NCBI GenBank assembly: GCA_963703315.1
Contig: OY969811.1
Coordinates: 1,152,001 to 1,216,000, forward strand
Source of the DNA: an uncultured cyanobacterium
GTDB taxonomy: Bacteria; Cyanobacteriota; Cyanobacteriia; Pseudanabaenales; Pseudanabaenaceae
Length of the DNA stretch: 64,000 bases
Reading direction: 5' to 3'
Shown here: in pieces, positions 60,551 through 64,000 of the stretch
Layout of the letters: each line of letters begins with the position of its first letter
Position numbering within the stretch: position 1 is the first letter of the stretch
The notes under the pieces: generated by a model
The model's input: the letters and a program-made list of their open reading frames with translations, nothing else
The model's database searches: none
Told to the model about the DNA's origin: nothing
Made by a program: the position numbers and the translations under genes

Positions 60551-60790
60551 ATGAGTCCAACTGTTTTTCATAAGGATGGCTACCGTTTTTATTTTTTCTC
60601 CAGAGAAGAATCGAGAATGCACGTCCATGTTCAATCTCAACATGGTGAAGCTAAATTTTGGCTAGAACCAACGCTTGAACTTGCCCAACATACAGGGATC
60701 TCTCAACGTGAAATCAATGCAGCACTTAAACTTGTAAAAGATAATGAACAAGAAATCCGTATTGCTTGGAACAGACATTTCCCAAGTTGA
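60551..60790 (+). CDS. DUF4160-like putative toxin
   Basis: PTVF..GYRFYFFSREE..HVHV..EAKFWL..W..HF. Confidence 0.85.
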   Translation: MSPTVFHKDGYRFYFFSREESRMHVHVQSQHGEAKFWLEPTLELAQHTGISQREINAALKLVKDNEQEIRIAWNRHFPS

Positions 60791-61019
60791 AGTAACCAAC
60801 ATATCTCCCCATGGTCTTTGGATACTTTTATACAATGAAGAAGAACTTTTTCTACCATTTACTGAATTTCCTTGGTTTCGAGAGGCAAGTATCTCCAAAA
60901 TCTGTAATGTAGAACTTCCATCACCAAACCATCTTTACTGGTCAGATTTAGACATTGATATATCTGTTGAATCAATTCGCAATCCAGAACGCTTTCCACT
61001 CTTTAGCCAAATTGGGTAA
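60744..61019 (+). CDS. DUF2442-like putative antitoxin
   Basis: VEVTNIS.HG.W..FLPF..FPWF..LYW.DLDID; overlaps the DUF4160 gene. Confidence 0.85.
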   Translation: MNKKSVLLGTDISQVEVTNISPHGLWILLYNEEELFLPFTEFPWFREASISKICNVELPSPNHLYWSDLDIDISVESIRNPERFPLFSQIG

Positions 61020-61020
61020 T

Positions 61021-61317
61021 TTAGTTGGTGATCGCCAAATCTAACCCACGCTCAAAGATCTCATCGATCGCCAACATTTCACCGTCAGTAGTCATGAACT
61101 TATGATCTTTGGTGGCTTTAATGCGATCGCCATTTTCTAATTCATATTCAAAGACTTCTTGCTGACCGCGATCGTGCCATTGGGCGATCGGTTGAGTATA
61201 GACAAAGCCATTCTCGTCAACACTGTAAACCTGACATTCGATTTGATGTTCTACGATTTTACCGATCGGCATCAATCCATATTCCACAGTTCGCACTAAA
61301 GTATCGTAGCTAAGACA
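61021..61317 (-). other. Split DnaE intein, N-terminal half (98 aa)
   Basis: [43 protein letters not shown]. Confidence 0.95.
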
Positions 61318-63999
61318 ATACTCCGCAAAAATTACCATTTGATCGAAGAGATCATTAGAAATCTCTTTTCTAATCCCATTCTTAGCACAGCCATCAAGGA
61401 AGATAGAACGTTGCTTTTCCATTTCTTCAGGTTTCTTTTTACCCATCGCTCGCCGCAACAAGTCCGCCGCACCAAGGGAATACCCTGCTAGATCCTGAGC
61501 CATTTTCATGATTTGCTCTTGGTAGCAGTTATGAGTAACGACTCCATTAGCAAGAAAATAGGGAGAACTTTGATCTGTCATTTCAATATCAAAACATTCA
61601 GATTCACCCCAATCTTCAACGGATACTACAAATACGGGACGAGCATCCTGTAGATATGTCTCTGTATAAATTTTTTGATATGCTTCAGCCCAACCTATAA
61701 TCTTTGTCGCATATTGCGATCGCACTGGCTTAGCCATTACTCCTGATTGCAGAGAACGCTTTGCGGTTTTACGACTTTCTCGATCTGTCGTAGCGATCGC
61801 CTCTTCTAACTCTTCCTGCATTCTTAAAGATGGAACAGGAACAAAGTTATTCTTCTTCTCTCCCGTCAGTTTATTTGGTAATCTTGGCTCACCAATTAGC
61901 TGATAAAAACGAGCAATATCCGTAATCATTACATGGGTTGAATGCAATGAGTAGGAAATTTTTAGACTACTTAGCAATTGTCCTACTTGTTTAATTAGTT
62001 GATTGGAAATACTGCGAAAATAAGGATTTTGAGTATAGGAACCATCGCTATCCCATAGACCTCGCAAAACATCAATGCGATCGCTTTCTTGATAGTCAAC
62101 TATATCAACAGGTAAATGCTTATCTTTGGAGTTAACTTTCCAGTTTCTACCGCCATAGATTTTATCCATGAAGATAGTTAATGGTGTTGGCTGTGGTTGC
62201 GTATTGAACTTTGCATAGGCGTACCAGCAACGGGTATGAAAATAATGCCTTGGCTCACCTCCCCATGTTTTAACGATGAGATTCGCAATCCAAATTGCTG
62301 TCTCCTCAATATAGCAAGAAATATTGGGAGAACTAGAAGTTAAATGTCCATCGCCGACTAACAAACCTAATAGATAGGCTTCATTTGGATTAAGCGATTT
62401 ATTACTTTTAGAAATTTGCCAAGTTTCATAGATGATTGAGCCATTGACATGAGCATTTTTGATATTGCCCAAGGGCTTTAATTCATAGGCAAACTGATCT
62501 CCCTGTGGTGTGAGAAAACGATGCTCTGGAGTGCAGAAAATTTCAGTGCTAGTCGAGAGTGTAATTTTAACAATTGATTTAATCCCACTTTGCCATTGTT
62601 TCGCAACTTTTGCTGACCATACCCGCTTGCCATCGGATGAGAGAATTACATCACCTTTGCGAATGTTCTCGATCACTGTACTTGTGCCATCTGGTCTATC
62701 AATTAAAGTTCCCTTAGCAAGACACAAAACACCATAGGTATTGTTTAAAATTGGTTCTAAAGTGTGGTGCTGATATTCGATCGCCTCTCGACCATGCTTA
62801 CGATTAATGAACTTAGGAATTAGTCCTGCATCCAAAGGTCCTGGACGATACAGAGCAAGAATCGAAGAAATATCTTCAATATTGGAAGGCTTCAGATCCT
62901 TAACGATCTGCTTCATGCCTGAAGATTCTAATTGGAAGACACCTTCAAGATCGCCTTTTTCTAACAGCTTATAGGTTTTTTGATTTGCCTCAGTGGACAT
63001 ATCAGGGGCGATCGCATCAATATGAAAATTCGGATCTTGGTTGCCACGAATTAATTCACTCGTATGCTCAATCGTGGTTAGGTTCCGCAATCCCAAGAAG
63101 TCCATTTTTAAAAGACCTAGAGATTCCAAATCTTCCATTGTGTATTGCGTGACCACCTGACCTTCATTACTGCGTTGCAATGGCACAACCTCATCAAGGG
63201 GAAATGGCGAAATCACTACACCCGCCGCATGAACTCCAGAGCTTTTGTTTACGCCTTCGATCCGCATTGCCATGTCTAGCCATTCAAAGACTCTAGCATC
63301 TTGTTTGTAGCGATCGCGAAATTCTGGTGCTGGCGACTCCTCAGAAATCATCACCTTTAACTTAGCGGGTTTACCACGCGAAACAGGAATCATCTTCGCC
63401 ATTTTGTCGGCTTCACTGTAGGAGACATCTAGCACCCGCCCCACATCTTTGAGAACTGCTTTGGAAGTCAGACGGTTGAATGTAACAATCTGTGCGACTC
63501 GCTCCTGTCCATAGCGCTGGGTGACATAATCAATCAATTCGCCACGATGATCGATGCAGAAATCGGTATCAATATCAGGCATTGACTTCCGTTCAGGATT
63601 GAGAAATCTTTCAAAAAGAAGTCCGTGATGAATTGGGTCAATATTGGTAATACCCAGAGAGTACGCAACTAGTGAACCCGCCGCGCTACCACGTCCAGGA
63701 CCAACGGGAATATGTTTGTCTCTAGCGTATTTGATGTAATCCCATACCACTAGGAAGTAAGTCGCAAAGCCCATCTGCATAATAATTCCCAATTCAAAGC
63801 GCAGACGTTCTTGATAGTTCTGGGGAATCTCAGCATGGGTTTTGACATTAAATCTTTGCAGAAGTCCTTGCCATGTCACTTCTTCAAAATAAGTATCGGC
63901 GGTATGACCTTCAGGAATGGGATAGTCTGCCGCACGGGGATCGCGCATCAGGTCGTAGGGTTTGACTTTATTGGCAGCATGGAGGGTGTTTGCTAATGC
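61021..63999 (-). CDS. dnaE: DNA polymerase III alpha, N-terminal half of split DnaE (5'-partial), with two inteins
   Basis: [47 protein letters not shown], then FAEY|CLSY intein-N and stop; frame open to the window end. Confidence 0.96.
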   Translation of the reverse strand, partial: ALANTLHAANKVKPYDLMRDPRAADYPIPEGHTADTYFEEVTWQGLLQRFNVKTHAEIPQNYQERLRFELGIIMQMGFATYFLVVWDYIKYARDKHIPVGPGRGSAAGSLVAYSLGITNIDPIHHGLLFERFLNPERKSMPDIDTDFCIDHRGELIDYVTQRYGQERVAQIVTFNRLTSKAVLKDVGRVLDVSYSEADKMAKMIPVSRGKPAKLKVMISEESPAPEFRDRYKQDARVFEWLDMAMRIEGVNKSSGVHAAGVVISPFPLDEVVPLQRSNEGQVVTQYTMEDLESLGLLKMDFLGLRNLTTIEHTSELIRGNQDPNFHIDAIAPDMSTEANQKTYKLLEKGDLEGVFQLESSGMKQIVKDLKPSNIEDISSILALYRPGPLDAGLIPKFINRKHGREAIEYQHHTLEPILNNTYGVLCLAKGTLIDRPDGTSTVIENIRKGDVILSSDGKRVWSAKVAKQWQSGIKSIVKITLSTSTEIFCTPEHRFLTPQGDQFAYELKPLGNIKNAHVNGSIIYETWQISKSNKSLNPNEAYLLGLLVGDGHLTSSSPNISCYIEETAIWIANLIVKTWGGEPRHYFHTRCWYAYAKFNTQPQPTPLTIFMDKIYGGRNWKVNSKDKHLPVDIVDYQESDRIDVLRGLWDSDGSYTQNPYFRSISNQLIKQVGQLLSSLKISYSLHSTHVMITDIARFYQLIGEPRLPNKLTGEKKNNFVPVPSLRMQEELEEAIATTDRESRKTAKRSLQSGVMAKPVRSQYATKIIGWAEAYQKIYTETYLQDARPVFVVSVEDWGESECFDIEMTDQSSPYFLANGVVTHNCYQEQIMKMAQDLAGYSLGAADLLRRAMGKKKPEEMEKQRSIFLDGCAKNGIRKEISNDLFDQMVIFAEYCLSYDTLVRTVEYGLMPIGKIVEHQIECQVYSVDENGFVYTQPIAQWHDRGQQEVFEYELENGDRIKATKDHKFMTTDGEMLAIDEIFERGLDLAITN
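61528..62724 (-). mobile_element. Cis-splicing intein with LAGLIDADG homing endonuclease (399 aa)
   Basis: [45 protein letters not shown]. Confidence 0.92.
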
Positions 64000-64000
64000 C

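Noticed and set aside
59698..61182. CRISPR array, DGR template/variable repeat, or true integron
   Set aside because: Repeats are unequal gene fragments; mismatches are not confined to adenines; no cas, reverse transcriptase, intI or attC-like sites in the window.

Overview
Cyanobacterial chromosome segment: HIP1 GCGATCGC is very frequent, and psbP, ycf37, ftsH3, narM and a split dnaE are present. The intergenic repeats look Pseudanabaena-like (inference). Housekeeping genes (rpoZ, mnmA, hemL, mutS2, mrp, thiS, two tRNAs) alternate with three accessory blocks. (1) A tRNA-Val-adjacent defence block: PLD-SNF2 helicase plus a large N6-adenine methyltransferase. The methyltransferase is cut by an IS1634 element, whose transposase is itself disrupted by a cognate MITE. 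TA genes follow. (2) A TA/ATPase-TPR island at 33.4-39.8 kb, punctuated by decayed pieces of an older TPR gene. (3) Two toxin-antitoxin-like cassettes behind dnaE-N, one a stand-alone colicin-E3-like RNase, separated by duplicated fragments of the split-intein 3' end; one fragment is bounded exactly by HIP1. Blocks 2 and 3 suggest an integrase-free way of stacking TA cassettes behind gene tails. Also notable: a Rab-like GTPase/longin-BON-OmpA/hybrid kinase operon, a diverged stand-alone FtsH N-terminal protein, a GT2-PilZ synthase next to a GH10 xylanase, and an extra LAGLIDADG intein in DnaE-N. All family calls come from motif recognition by eye; no database was searched.
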